From assembly GCF_009834535.1 (NCBI RefSeq), contig NC_045697.1, positions 26,848,001-26,912,000 on the forward strand: 64,000 bases of DNA, read 5' to 3'. Below, in pieces: positions 39,541 through 53,234 of the stretch (position 1 is its first letter; every line of letters begins with the position of its first letter). The stretch comes from Camelus ferus. Taxonomy: Eukaryota. Position numbers and translations under genes: made by a program. Under the pieces are notes generated by a model. It saw only the letters and a program-made list of their open reading frames with translations, ran no database searches and was not told where the DNA came from.

Positions 39541-41974
39541 CGAGGGATACAGGCACACGTACACTCAGGCTCCCTCCCATATGGTGGTTGCTGAAATCCC
39601 ACCGACAGGAACAGAGCCAGCTTGGGGTTTTTCACTCAGGCGCACTGTTTGTTTGTGGCCAGGTGTCCTGCCCCGAAGGAAGTTGGTATCCAGTTGCACC
39701 TGGGTCCGGTTCCTTTATGCGGCGAGCTCAGACTCCAGCACAGACTCAACACAGATGCTCAGTGGCTCCTGGCTTGCAGCTTCTCTGCCTCTAACAACTC
39801 CTGGTACCTTCTCTCCGTCCCCAAGTTCATTCAGCCTTGATAGTCAGAGGCCTGCCTTTGTGAAGGGCTTAGTTCTTCCTTACCATCACACTGTGACTGT
39901 TAGGGCTGTCCAGCAGCTGAATATCCAGGACACAGAGGCTTCAGGTCTGAGCTGTTAGTCGTCTTTTTGAGGCTTTGGATGAAGCCTCATCCTACCTCAT
40001 ACCGTTGGATCCTCTTTCTTTCTGGTGATCGTGTGTGACACTAGGACCAGCCAGTTCTGCCTGGGCTCGATTTAGGACCTGATTTTCCCAGAAATGTCTA
40101 TCTTAGTCATGCTGCCATACAGCCTAGTCAGATTTGTCAGGACCAAGAGAAAAATTGCTGGTGACCTAAAGTCGTCAGTGTTTGCCGTTGTTCTAGTAAA
40201 AGTGTTGCCGTGCATGGTGTGGACCTCAAAAGGAGTTTTTTTTTTTTCCTTGCACCCCATGCATCTGGGGACAGTCATTCTAACTAGAGCAAGAATTGAC
40301 AGATCTATAAGTATTAACTTACTACTGGTAGACAATATCTGACCCAGGCTGAGGTTTAAGACTCCTCCCTGCTTACTTTCTCCTGAGATGAGCATTCTGG
40401 TAACAGGACGCAACTACTAAAATACAGTTGAATGAGTGCTGTCTTCACTTCTGTGTTGACCTTGAAAGTTATGTCCATAGCACAATAATGTCCTGTTCAG
40501 AGCTTTCTGGGCCTGCTTTGTGTTCTTCTGAATATTTTCAGTGGTGTCAGATGTAAGAATAGATTGTGATTTTTTTCAAAGAGTTAAAGGTCTTTTCAAA
40601 GCCATATCTTACAAACATAAAGGCCAGGGAGGTTAAAGAAATGTCATTTTAATAAAAACAAACTCCCAACTATAAAGTGATGAGAGTTTTTTCAACACAA
40701 AATGAGGTAATTCCTACAGAGGAAGTGTCCGGAGCAACAGCAGAATCATTGGAATGAGTGCGTAGCCTCCCATCCTAATAACTTGAACAGCCTTCGTTTC
40801 AATAGTGTGTTTGTTTGAAAACAAAATCAGACATATTGTCTCTGCAGTTACATTTTTGTTTTGCATTCAGTTAGTGTCACGTGGCATAGGAAAATTGAGA
40901 AGGAAAATGTTTTGGAAAATATTTAAATTCAAAGACTCTGAAGAAAGGAAAGGCCATTATGAACTGAAATTTGACCTTTTTGTTTTGTTTTGGTAAAGGG
41001 TAAGGTTATTATTTGTTTCTTACAGGTTGCTTTACTGATTGTTCAGGAATCTTGGTATTTCAATGATTATGTCTAATTTCAAGCGGCAAAATTTGTTAGG
41101 GCATTTAATTGCTGGCTTTTTGTTTTCAGACCAATTCAGCACCTTTTAATAAGCATGATAAATTTGCTTCCCTAAGAATATTTTTAAACAAGTTGGATGG
41201 TTTTAAGCGAAAAAAGATCAAATCAAATTACTTTCCTGAGCTTTTATACTTAATGATGAAATAAGTAAAGGCACAGAAGATGTGCTGTCAACAAGGTAGT
41301 ATTCCAATAAATAGTAAATTAGATTCCAGTGTCTGCAGTGCCTGGACATTAGGCCAAAAGCTTAAGCTTAATTTTTTAAAGTACGTAATAAATCTTGTCT
41401 CGTTGAGCACTTTGGGTTCCAACTGCTTCTTGCCAGTTATTGATCATGTGGACAGAGGCATCTGTTTGCCCGTAATGGCGTTTTGTGTTGCATAAGCGAG
41501 ATGTTTCATCTATTTATTTCATCTTTATCTTCACAGTTGCTTGATTTTATTTTTCATCATTTTCCGCTCATAAAGACATTTGAGAAGGAACAATATAAGG
41601 GAGAAAAGCTGGAAGTAAGAGAATATTTAAACAAAGCTACTAAAGCAAGGCGACATGGGTTATAAAGGCCTGGATGAAGGCAAGTGGTGGCCAAACTTTA
41701 AGGAAATGACAGATGCATGGACTATTATAAAAGACTCCCATAGGTGGCAAATAGATCATGTGACGCTTAGGCTTCTGTTTAAAAATATAAATGAAAGCCT
41801 TGTTTTGACTTTTACCCTGGTCATTCGGTCCACATATGTTTAGTTAGATCTTAGTGCTTAGCTCTTAGTATACTAGGTGCTTGACTTAAACATATTCTGT
41901 TCTTGCACTCAATTCTGTGAGTAGGAGATGTAAGACCTGTAGAAAATCACAGTACAAGCTAGATGTGCAAAGTG

Positions 41975-44900
41975 TCATTGAGTTATAATTCAGTTCACAT
42001 ATCATAAAATTTGCCCATTTAAAGTGTACAGTTCAGTGGTTTTTAGTGTATTCACAGTTGTATAAGCATTACAAAGTCAATTTTAGAACATTTCCATCAC
42101 CCAAAAAAGAAATTCTGTCCCCTTTGGCTGTCACTCCCTAATTGTCCTATTCTGCTCTCTCCCAGCCCTAGCCAACCATTCATCTACTTTTTGACTCTGT
42201 AGATTTGCCTAATGTAGACATTTCATATACATGGAATCATACAGCCGGTGGTCTTTTGTAACCAGCTTCTTTCACCTAGGATACTGTTTTCAAGGCTTAG
42301 CCATGTTATATTATGTATCAGTACTTCATTACTTTTTATTGCCAGAAACTACTCCATTGGGTGGCTGTATACCACATTTTATGTATCCATTGATCACTTG
42401 ATGAACACTTGTATTCTTTCCACTTTTGGGCTATTATGAATAATGAATGCTGTTATGAACATTCATGTACAAGTTTTTGTCTAGACATAGGTTTTCATCT
42501 CTCTTGGGTGTATACCTAGGAGAATTGCTGGATCATGGAGTAACTGCCATACTATTTTATATTCTCTCCAGCAGTGTATGAAGTTTCCAGTTTCTCCACA
42601 TCCTTATGAACACTTCTTGTGGTCTTTTTGATTATAGCCATCCTAGTGGGTGTGAAGTGTTAATTTCATTGTAGTTTTGATTTGCAATCCCCTGATGACT
42701 AATGATACTATCTTTTCATGTGTCTATTGGCAATCTGTATATATTCTGTGAAGAAATGGTTACTCACTTCTTTTGTCCATTTTTAATTGGGTTGTCTTAT
42801 TTTGTTGTGGGAGTTTCTTATGTATCCTAGATACAAATATATTGTCAAATATGATTTGCAAATATTTTCTTCCATTCTGAGGGTGCTCTCTTCCCTTACT
42901 TGACAGTGTCTTTTGAAGCATAAACTTTTTTAATTTGAAGAAGTCCAATTTATCTTTTTTGGGGGGGGGGTTACTTTTTCTTTCCTGTAATATCTAAGAA
43001 ACCATTGTCAAATTCAAAGTCACAAAGATGTTTTCTATAAAACTATAGTTTTAACTCTTAATTTATGTCTTGATCTATTTCTACTTTTTATATATGACAT
43101 GTGGTAAAGGATTAAACTTTGTTCTTTTGCATGTAGATGTCCAGTTGCCTCAATACTATTTGTTCATTCTTCATTGAATTATTTTGGCACCCTTCTTGAA
43201 ATCAGTTGACCATAAATATGAGAACTTATTTAAGGGTTTTCAGTTATATTCCATTGAGTATACTTAATGCCAGTATCACACTGTCTTAATTATTGCAGCT
43301 TTATAATAGGTTTGAAACCTGGAAGTGTGAGTCCTCCAACTTTGTTCTCCTTTTACAAGATTGTTTTGGCTATTCTGGATCTCTTGAATTTCCGTATGAA
43401 TTTTAGGAGCAGCTTTCTGTAAATAAGCCAGCTGGGAGTTTTATACTGATTGCATTGAATCTGTAGATTAATTTGGGGAGTATTGCTATCTTAACAATAT
43501 TTAGTCTCCTAATCCATTTATATGGGATGTCTTTCAATGATATTTAGTAATTTTCAGAGTATAAATTTTGCATTTCCTTTGTTAAATTTATCCCTAAGCT
43601 TTTTATTCTTTCTGATGCTTTTTAAAATGGACTTTTACAATCTTAGGTTGCTCACCGCTAGCACATAGAACAATTGGGTTTTATATATTGATCTTGTATC
43701 CTAAAACCTTGCACTACTCATTGGTTCCAACAGTTTAGTGGTTTCTTTAGGGTATTCAATATTCAAGATTATGTCATCTATGAATAAAGGTAGATCTACT
43801 TCTTCCTTTCCTATATCAATGCATTTTATTTCTTTTTCTTGCCAAGTTGCCCTGGCTGGAATCTCCAGTATGGTGTTGAATAAAGATGATGAAGGTGGAT
43901 ATCTTTCTCTTGCTCCTAATCTTAGGAGGAAAGCTTTGTCTTAAGTATGGTGTTAGATGTAGTTTTTTCATCCATGACTTTCATTCAAGTTGAGAAAGTT
44001 AATTTCTATTCCTGGTTTGTTCAGTGTTTTGTTTTGTTTTTTTTTTTTTTTTATCATGAAGGGGTGTTGGATTTTGTCAGATGTTTATTTCCATGTCTGT
44101 TGAGATTGCCCATGAGGCTTCTGCCCTTTATTAATACATAGTGTCCTCCATTACTGGATTTTCTGATGCTAAACCAATACTGCCTTCCTGGGATTCATCC
44201 TTCTCAGCTGTGTTGTATAATCCTTTTAATATGCTGCTGTGTTAGGGGTTTTGGTATTTTTGTTGAGAATGTTTATTTTCATAAGAGATAATACTTTGTA
44301 TTTTTCTTGATACTTTTGTCTGGCTTTGGTACCAGGATCACACTGGTCTCATAAATTTGGGAGGTATTCTCTTATAATTTTTGAAGACTAGATAATTGGT
44401 ATTAATTCTTTTTTAAATATTTGGTAGAATTCACCAGTGCATCCATCTGGCCCTAGGCTTTTCTTTCTGTGTTACGATTTAGTCTCTCAACTTATTAAAA
44501 ATGTCTTCACATTTTCTATTTTGTCTTGTGTCAATTTATTTAACTTATCTCTCTAGGAATTTTTTTATTTCATCTAAGTAATCTAACTCATTAGCATACA
44601 GTTGGCCATAGTATTCTCTAATAATCCTTTTATTTCTGTAAATTCAGTAATAATGGCCTCTCATTCACCTTTGATTCTAGGAAATTGACTCTTTTTTTCT
44701 TTTTTTCATTTTGTTGATCTCTTCAAAGAACCAACTTTTGGTTTCATTGATACTCTGTTTCATTAATTTCCATTGTAGTATAGTATTTCCTTCCTTCTGC
44801 TTGCTCTGAATTGTTCTCCTTTCCCTGTTGCCTCAAATTACTGAACTCTTTCTTCATTTTTAATATAGGCTTTTACAGCTCTAAATTCCCTCTAAAAACT

Positions 44901-45850
44901 ATTTACCTACATCCCATAAGTTGTGATGTGTTGAGAAGAATGTTGTTGGGTAGATTGTCCTATAGACATGTTAGAGCTAGTTGGCTTATAGTATCACTAC
45001 AGTTTTCTAGGTTTTTGTTCATCTTCTTCCTAGTTGTTCCCACTATTGAATGAGATATTTCAGTCTCCAACTATTATAGTTGAATTATCAATTTCTTGTC
45101 AGTTTGTGCTTCATGTATTTTAAGGCTTTATTGTTCATAGCATATACATTTATAATTGTTACATCTTCTTGATTGATATCCTTCTTCATCTCTAATTATA
45201 TTGTTTTAAAATTTCTTTTGTCTGGTAGTATAGCCACATGCGTTTTCTTATGGTTGCTGTTTGCATAATAAATCTTTTTCCATCCTTTTAAAATGTGTCT
45301 CCTGTAGAAGCACATAGTTGAATCTTGTTTTTATCCAGTCTGATAATCTCTGCCTTTGGATTATTTAAACCATTCACACTAAATGGTACTATTGACGTAG
45401 TGGATTTACATCTGCCATTTTACTTTTTTTCCCTCTGTCTCATGTCCTTTATGTTTCTCTATTCCTCTTGTACTTTCTTGCTTTATATTAAGTAAATATT
45501 TTCTGTCATAACATTTTAATTTGTATAATGATTTTTTTCACTATATTTTTGAGTTAGTTTCTTTGTAGTTATTTTAAGGCATCTACATCTTAAGTTAGTA
45601 TACATCATAAGTAGATTCTGTTAATTCCAGTGAGCTACAGAAAGAATACTCCCATATAGCTCTATTACTTTTTCTCCCTTTTTGTGCTATTGTTAAATAT
45701 GCAACATCTAATTACAAATCCAAAGACATAATTATTACTTTATATAACTTTGTCACTTAAGATGTGAGAGGAATAGCAGGTATATATTTATAGCTTTTGT
45801 GATATTAACTATCATATTTACCATTTGTTTTTCATTCATTCTATACCTTT
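41975..45850 (-). mobile_element. Old antisense L1 (L1MB-like), 3'UTR through ORF2 with many internal deletions
   Basis: cacatatcataaaatttgcccatttaaagtgtacagttcagtgg 3' end; ORF2-like antisense blocks (gaattcaccagtg...atctggccct; ttcaaagaaccaacttttgg). Confidence 0.88.
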
Positions 45851-46027
45851 CTTCAGATATTATAGTGTCAGCCAAAAGGAGGGGGACCAAGTTCTGTGTA
45901 TGGTTGTTTGTGCATGGCACAACTAAGGGTTGCCATTCACATTGCAGTTGTTATTATGACAATTTATTGGCAGATGGCCAAAAATGTCTTTTTCTAGTTA
46001 TTTCAGTATATGAGGCTCAGTAATTCA

Positions 46028-46203
46028 CAGTTCTGTCCAATTAAACTTTCTGTGATTGTGAAGTATTCTATTTCTGTACTTTCCAATATGGGAGGCAGTA
46101 ACCAGTGAGCACTGTTGAGCACTTCAACTAAAATTTTAATTTTAATTAATTTATATTTAGTTTTAAATAACTCCAGCTAAGGGCTCTCATATTTGAAAGT
46201 GAA
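46028..46203 (+). mobile_element. MER3-like hAT-Charlie MITE
   Basis: cagttctgtccaattaaactttctgtgat...ttccaatatgg...ttgagcactt...ttttaattttaattaattt. Confidence 0.7.
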
Positions 46204-47331
46204 ATTATAATCTGATGTCCCTCTCTTTTAATATTGTGATTAAACTTTGTAAGTTAGACTAAAGGGACGAACCTCAAAATCAGTCCTGATAGTTTCATAT
46301 GTTATGAAATTCATGGACTGAGTCATGGGAATGGTTTTTTTAAAGAAGCTGTTATATTTCTATCAGCCATCTAAAAATGCAGATAGACAAAAATCTTGTC
46401 CAGACACTCTTGTGCGGGGCATTGGCCAAATACACAGAGTACTTAGGGCACAGGCAGTGGAGGACCCATACAAACAGCCAGCAAGGGGGTTTGGAGGTGG
46501 TTCTTTTTTCTGCTTGTGAGAAACAGGAAAGGAAAAGAAGACATCTTCAAAGCTACAATTAGGAACATTTACCTTATGCAGATAGCAGTTGAGTAAAGGG
46601 AATGAAACTGCTCTCCATAGCAAATTTTTCAGAGTGTACTTGTAAAAGTTTTTACAGACTCTCTCAATCTTCGCTCGTCGCCTTTGAAGTGAGGAGACAG
46701 AGGATCCCATTATCCTCACTTCTCAGGAAAGCATACCTTTCATGGTTTTCCATACGTGTTTTTCAGCTACGTATTGATGAAAGCCAAGCTGCTTACAGAT
46801 AAGATATAAGCAAAATGTCCCCGTGGGATAACAGGTTTCTCTTTTTAATTTTTTTTAAAGAAATGTCACTGTGTAACTCAGGGTCAGTACATGTGAATGC
46901 CCATTGCGTTTTTCCCTTCTCATATTGAGACACACAGTAACATTAGACACTGTTACTTGTCTCAGATAACGTAGTGATCATATCCCAGCTGCTTTGAAAC
47001 TTCTGAAACCCTGCTACTGTTTCAATGTAATGAACACCTGCATTGCAAAGCCTCTGACATTTAATATTTTGTTTTCCCTGGGCCCATGTCAACAGTATAA
47101 TTTCTTCTTTTGTTTCTGATTATAACGTTCATACCCAAACCATCCTGGGATTAAAAAGAATACCTTTTTAAACTGATCTTAAAATATCATTTTCCCTCTC
47201 TAAGGGGAAACATACTGCAAAGAGAAAGGTTAAAGTCACGTTAACTTAATATTGTGAATACGAGTAAAGCCTACAGGTAAATTGAATTTGCCACCAGGTG
47301 AATTAACACTGCCTCATCCTTTGGTCCCCAG

Positions 47332-47448
47332 GTTATAGATCTGTACTGGGGAATTGATGAAGATGAATGGGACAGCCCCGAGCTCCAGAAGACCCGCATG
47401 AAGCTGCTTGAGGACTGTTTGAAAACTTCTGCAGGTCCATGTTTTGTT
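47332..47448 (+). CDS. NWD2: NWD2 internal coding exon (probably exon 3), 117 nt, phase 0 to phase 0
   Basis: Acceptor ctcatcctttggtccccAG (47330-31) and donor GTT|GTGGGT (47449). Encodes VIDLYWGIDEDEWDSPELQKTRMKLLEDCLKTSAGPCFV with the DUF4062-type DL(R/Y)WG motif. Absent from the ORF track; found by manual translation. Confidence 0.95.
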
Positions 47449-48354
47449 GTGGGTATAAAAACACTAATGCTTTCTATTAAATTGTAGAGGAATATGAGAA
47501 TTCTTGCTGATTCGTGATTCTTAGGGGGCTTTTTAAATGGGGAAAAAATTCTTGCTTTTTATATCTACTTAAAATTTTCGAACTGTTTCCTTGCCCTCAG
47601 TGTGTGAGAACAAAACCCTCCACTTTCCATAAGAAACACTGAGAATTAACAGTGAATAATTTGAAATGGTAATCAGAGAGATGACTTGGGGTTGACGACA
47701 GTTTCCACGGCACCTTGTGATCAGCAGTACGGATTACGGGGTCAGCCCTACAGTAATTATTCTATTTTTCCTTCTCTTTTACAATGTAGTGTTCCATCAT
47801 AGTAGCTCTGTTTCTCAACATTAGAATTTCTGGCATTTTAAAAAAACACAGTGGCTGAAACATTGTTAAACCAAATATACAATGTCAGATCAGCCAATAG
47901 GAATTGTTACACGGTAGGGGAAAAAATTGTTTTTGCAGTGATTTTTCGGCCAGAGATGCTCAAGTGGAACATTATTATTAGTTTATCATTATTTTCTAAA
48001 GAACATCCACTCCTCTGTGTAAACACAGTGGTAGTAAGAGAAGTAGGTCACTCTATGGCAGGTGATGGTACAAAATCACTGCCTTAATTTAGCTGAAGAA
48101 AGAACCTTATCTTGAATCCAGACAGCAACTAGCCATTGATAGGGAAGTTTGCCCCTTTTGACATAGGATGTTCTGAGGCTGACAGATGAGTATTAAAATT
48201 ACTAGTAAAGAAAATATATCATATGATTAAAAGCTAGGTTCAGTGTTTCAGTAAAAGAGTTTTTAATATTAATTTGCATGTCCATCTATATAGTCAACTC
48301 CACATAGGATTTAAAGTATATGAATGCTCTATAATGTTTTTAGTATGTAGCCAA

Positions 48355-48960
48355 ATTATTCATTTATTCACCCAGTACCTACTAGGATAATGCTGTCCTG
48401 GGCCCAGGACTGCTCTTGGTGCTGGGGGTGCGGGAGGTTGACCTATGTGACATGGTCATGTTGTGGGCCAGTGTGTTATGACCTTAGAATCTAAGGTAAA
48501 TGAAATTACAGAGAGAAACTGTGTCATCCTTATGTGAGGCTAAGAGGACAGAGGAGGCAAAAGTCAAAGAAAAATGTAAAATAGTAAGTCGGATGGTGAT
48601 AAATGATACAGAGGAGAGGGAATAGCACTGATGGGAGAAGGCCTCACTGATAAGGCGGCTGTAGAGGGGAGACAGGAAAGAGCTGAGTGAATATTGCAGC
48701 TGTGAGCTTTCCACAGAGAGGAAGTGGGACCTGGAAGCAGGTGGGTGAGAGGAGAGGTGAGTGTGGGAGCAGAGGCCGTATCATGGGGCTTTGTCATCTT
48801 GCAGTTGGCTATTGATTTGACCTTGACATGAGAAGCCAGAGTGTGCTGAGCAGAGGACTGAAGAGATCTGGCTGCTGGGTGTAGGACAGAGGATACAGCA
48901 ATGAAGAGACCCAATGGAAAGCTAATACAATGCCCAAACAAGAAGAGTGCATCGTTTTAA
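48355..48960 (-). mobile_element. L2 fragment
   Basis: ttattcatttattca...gagaaggcctcactgataagg...gatctggctgctg. Confidence 0.7.
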
Positions 48961-49009
48961 GGGGGTTGACGACAGGACATCTAAGAACAGTGTCCTGTGG
49001 TCTGAACAG

Positions 49010-49550
49010 AATGCATAAAGTCCTGAAAGCCATGTAGGTATCCAAAGAGCTAGTGGTGGAAGAGGAATTAAGACTTTTTTTCCATGAGTCTTCAGAGGAT
49101 AGAACTAGACCAGTGGATGGAAATTACAAGGAGACAGACTTTAGCTCCAGGTGAAGCAGTTCGAAGATGCAGCTTTCTCTCTGGTTTTGGGTCACATATC
49201 CCGGGGTCTGACTAACATTTCATAACTGTGGGATGTTAGAGCAATGTCTTTACTGTTCTAAGCCTTGGCTTCCTTATCTGTAAAACAGAGATGATGATAA
49301 TAGTTACCCACCTCCTGGGATCTTTCTGGGGATGAAATGAAATTACAGAACACTTTTATAGTGTCTCACATATAATGACCCACAAAAAGTCTTGTTATTT
49401 GTTGTAATCATTATTATTCTCTCCCCAAGCTGTCTAAATTGTAATGAGTGCGTCACCAAAAACGTTGTCATAAAACTAGAAAATAAAACCACTCTGGCAG
49501 GGGTGCTTTAGAAGAGATTCAAACATTGGAAGACAAGATAGACTGGGTTC
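49010..49550 (+). mobile_element. L3/CR1 3' fragment split by a MIR (~49190-49415)
   Basis: cagaggatagaactagaccagtggatggaaattacaaggagacagactttagctc is L3-like; MIR core ttccttatctgtaaaacagagatgatgataatag. Confidence 0.65.
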
Positions 49551-50629
49551 CATCATGTTTAGAGGCATAAAGAGCTATGTGTGTGCCCTGGGGCATCTCT
49601 ATTACTATGATCTCCACAGCTTTAACTAATCCATCTTCAGAAATTCAGGAATGAGAGAGACATTCTCCCCCTTCTATCACCCTGTAGAGTGTCATACCCA
49701 AACTAGCTAAACTTAGTCATGGCCATTAATTCCTATAATATGCTGGTACAGGAATGAATAATTTAAAGACTTTGCAAGTTCATGCAGGTTCTGAAAGTAA
49801 AGGTTAACTGTTAGAACATCAGTAGCAACTTCAGAGCGTAAACAAATCATTTATCCCTCCTTCTGCTTCCTGTTACACGTTGACACTCAAGGCAACCACG
49901 CTAAATCCCTGTGGATAGAGCCAGGATTATTCACCCTGGTGATCCTAAATCATGCAAGGCTTATTTCACTGCTTATGGGAAAAAGTACATCTCTTATGGC
50001 CTTTCCTGTTGTAACTATGGTAACAGTGGGCACATATGTGTCGCTTTGGAGCTCAAGTTTCCTTGCCCACTGCTCCCTTGTGATATTTCTAGAAGTCATG
50101 ATGACCCCCGTGTGCTGCAAAGCATGGCATATTACTTCCCCTAGTGCTGAAGTCTTTGGCAAGAACATTTGCCATTGCTGATGGAAAAAAAAAGTTTGTA
50201 TATCTTCAAAGCCTTCAGACATTAGCCCTTATGTCAGTTACCAATAAATTCAGGACCAAACAAAGCTTTCATTTTCAGCACCCAGGGAATTAAAGCCCAA
50301 AGGGAACTTGGACTTAAATGTTGTGTGTACTTGGTTCTTTTCAACTTCATTTCCTAAAAGTTGTCCTTTGGGATATGGCCCCACGTCCTAGAGACATGCA
50401 GGCTCTGCCTGCTGATCCCAGATTGTTGTTTGTACACATGCTTTTGGTCACTGGTTGGACAGAGGGGTAGAGTAAGGGGCCTGGACAGGTGTCCAGTTCC
50501 ACTCTGAGGATTAACTTGGGAGACAGCACACTGAGAAGACAGCACCTCTACTGAGAAAGAAGAGCATTTGTAGACGTGTACATAGAGGAAGGCACAGACA
50601 GTGGGGAAAACCCAGAATTTTTATTTCAT

Positions 50630-50840
50630 AGCCAGAGTTAGAGCCCTAGTTCTGACAGGGCAAGTCACTGAGCTCACCATGCTTTAATTCTCACATGCAT
50701 AAGATGGGGAGGGGGAAATAACAGTAAAGTACAAGTAAATGTTGAATAAATACCAAAGTTTTGTTATGGAAACCAAATGTGACGGTGTATGTGAGAATTC
50801 TTTGTGAGCTATACAGGGCCACACAACCATTAGTTATTAT
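50630..50840 (+). mobile_element. MIR fragment
   Basis: cctagttctg...gggcaagtcact...ttctcacatgcataagatggg...ttagttattatt. Confidence 0.6.
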
Positions 50841-53234
50841 TAAATTGTGATTTCAGTTATTTTCAAATGAGAATAAAATGTTTGTTTTTATTCATACTGG
50901 GCATGTATGTGATGTTGGAAATTTCCCTTTGAAAATGTTGATGAGAGTCTAAATGTAGAAAGTGTTAAGACTTGATTCAGACAGTCAAATATTAAAGAGT
51001 TTTAAGTTCATTCTTAACAATGTAAAATGTACAGAGTATATATTAATTTGCTGAAATTTACTTAGTAAGAACTTTACCTACTCCCAAGGAGGGATTTTGA
51101 ACAGGACTGCAGTTAACAGGAAGACAGCTCACAGTTGAGTCCAAAGTTGCCATATGTTTCTCCTTTTAAGTGCAGAGAATTGCCTCAGCCCTCACAAAGT
51201 GTGGAAAAGTTTAGCAGCATCTTTTCCCACCAACCTGTCCCACCCACTTAGTCCATAAAAATCCTTATGAAGGAGGTGAGGAATATTGCCTGTGGGAGAG
51301 AGCAGAGTCTGCGTCCATGCTACCTATCCCATCCCGTCCCTCTTCGAGTGCTTGTTTATGGAGGCAGGGGGGTTTCTTCTCATCCCTCCAAATTTGGAGT
51401 ACTCCAAAAGAATTGCTTGTGGAGTTTGGGCTTTGACTCAGACCTTGAGCAAAGGTCTGCCTCCTGGAAGAAGTTGATAAAGACAAGTACTCTACTGACT
51501 TGAAGACCTGGAGTTTGAAAAGCTGAGATAGCTTTAGGGATGCTGCCCCCCAATGTAAGGGTGCTCTGGGGGGTGAAGACAGTATCTCACTACATTCCCT
51601 CAATCCACATGTGGAGATTTGCTGAGGGAAAGGGATTGGCAGGTTACCCTAGGAGAGCCAGGTCCAGGCGCCCAATAGAAAGAGGACCAGTTATGATGGA
51701 GACAGGTAAGAGGAGGTTCCATGACTTCACATTCAGAGGGTGTTCCCCATCTCTTAGAATCAGGACAAAGGGAATCCGATCTGCGCCACTCTTCTGGGAA
51801 TTGACAAAGCAATTAACAAGAGTCTCAGGAAGCCAAAGCCCGTGTAGCCATCCTCTCTGGGGCTACCAGATTGCACGGCATTGGATAGAGGAGCAGCCAA
51901 GGCCAAAGGAGTGAGACTCCTGCCATCATTCTTACCTGAGTGTTTAATCTGATGCTGAAGCAGCCTTCCCACCCACCCCACAACATACACACACACACTG
52001 CCAGCAGTGGCACAGATGACTCGGGACAGAGAAGGAGCAGGCCATACTCTTGCCTACCACAGGGAAGGCAACCACTCCTGGCAGCCACTCTTAAAACCAG
52101 CATATACAAAGTGGAAAGAAGGAAGCTCAGAGATACATTTTGGGTTGGGCTAGATTTTAAACCAGCAATATGAAAACATAAGGAATTGGATTGAGAAATC
52201 TATTATTCAGCAAGTTTAAGTTTTTCAACTAGCCAGAAAAGACAAAGTCAAGTCCACAGATGTTATTGGTAAAAATCAAATCATTCCATATTTGTACATC
52301 ACTGATAGTAGTGAATTAAATCTACAGCATACTGACCAGTTCATCGTCACCTAACTGTGTCACCAAAGTTCCTTCAAAGTGAATTATGCCCACTTGATAG
52401 TTCAAGTTTAGTTTCTTTCTTTAAATAACTTTATTTAAGAAATTCATACAATGAGAGTTCTTAAATCATTGAGTTTGAAGAAAATGTTAGTGTTTTTATA
52501 ACAATTTAGTTTTTGGAAACTAAATTCTATCTACATTTTATCTACATTTCACCTTTGATTTACCATTTTAGGTATACTAAATATTTTAGGCATAGTAAAT
52601 AAAATACATGAAAAGAAAAAACAAGTGCTTAATCTTAATTTCTACTTTAATAAAATGTACAGGTTTTGTGTGATTTAATGATCAAATTTATATATACAGA
52701 TTTACTAATCAAAATGTACTAAAATGGAAAAATAGTCATTGATTTGAACTGAAAAATCATCTAAATTAAGCAATCTAGACTTTAATTTTTAAAAAAAAAA
52801 AGGACAATCTAATGCCTCATATTTTCTAGATGTATTTTTCTTGCACAATCAAAAGAAAACATTCCTTATATGTAAAATTAAGCTTGTCCAGTTGAAATCA
52901 GCTAGACATCATAGTTCTAAGATGGGTTCCAATAATAAATTACTTGATTATCACCAAAAAAGTTAGAATAGGCAAACATTTAAAAATACTCTTGAGAAGG
53001 AAAAAAAAAAAAAAAAAGCTAGTCATCTCATGGATAGAAGCCAAGAGAGAGCCATTTAGTTAATTGCTGCTGTTTCTACAATAAATTTTTATTGATACAT
53101 AAGCTATTTTTATGGTATAACCCACTGTATTTTTTGTGTGGTAAGAAGAATTATGGAGAAAAAGTGAACTGGAGAGTAGTTAACCTCTTTATAACTTAAT
53201 TGGTAAGAAAAAATTTCACTTAAAACTGTAATCC

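Larger units (their letters stand above)
28348..47331 (+). other. NWD2: NWD2 intron (18,984 nt, GT-AG) between the two exons
   Basis: Canonical GT at 28348 and AG at 47330-31; reading frame continuous across the junction. Confidence 0.9.

Noticed and set aside
39407..39958. Longest ORF (183 aa) as a novel gene
   Set aside because: Starts at GTG in MIR/L2 remnants, has no recognisable domain, and GC-rich DNA gives long ORFs by chance.
41136..41156. REST/RE1 site (TTCAGCACC; also ~50274)
   Set aside because: Left half-site only; the GGACAG right half is missing.
47271..47282. Recursive splice site tacAG|GTaaat
   Set aside because: No upstream polypyrimidine tract, and it is only ~55 nt from the true acceptor.
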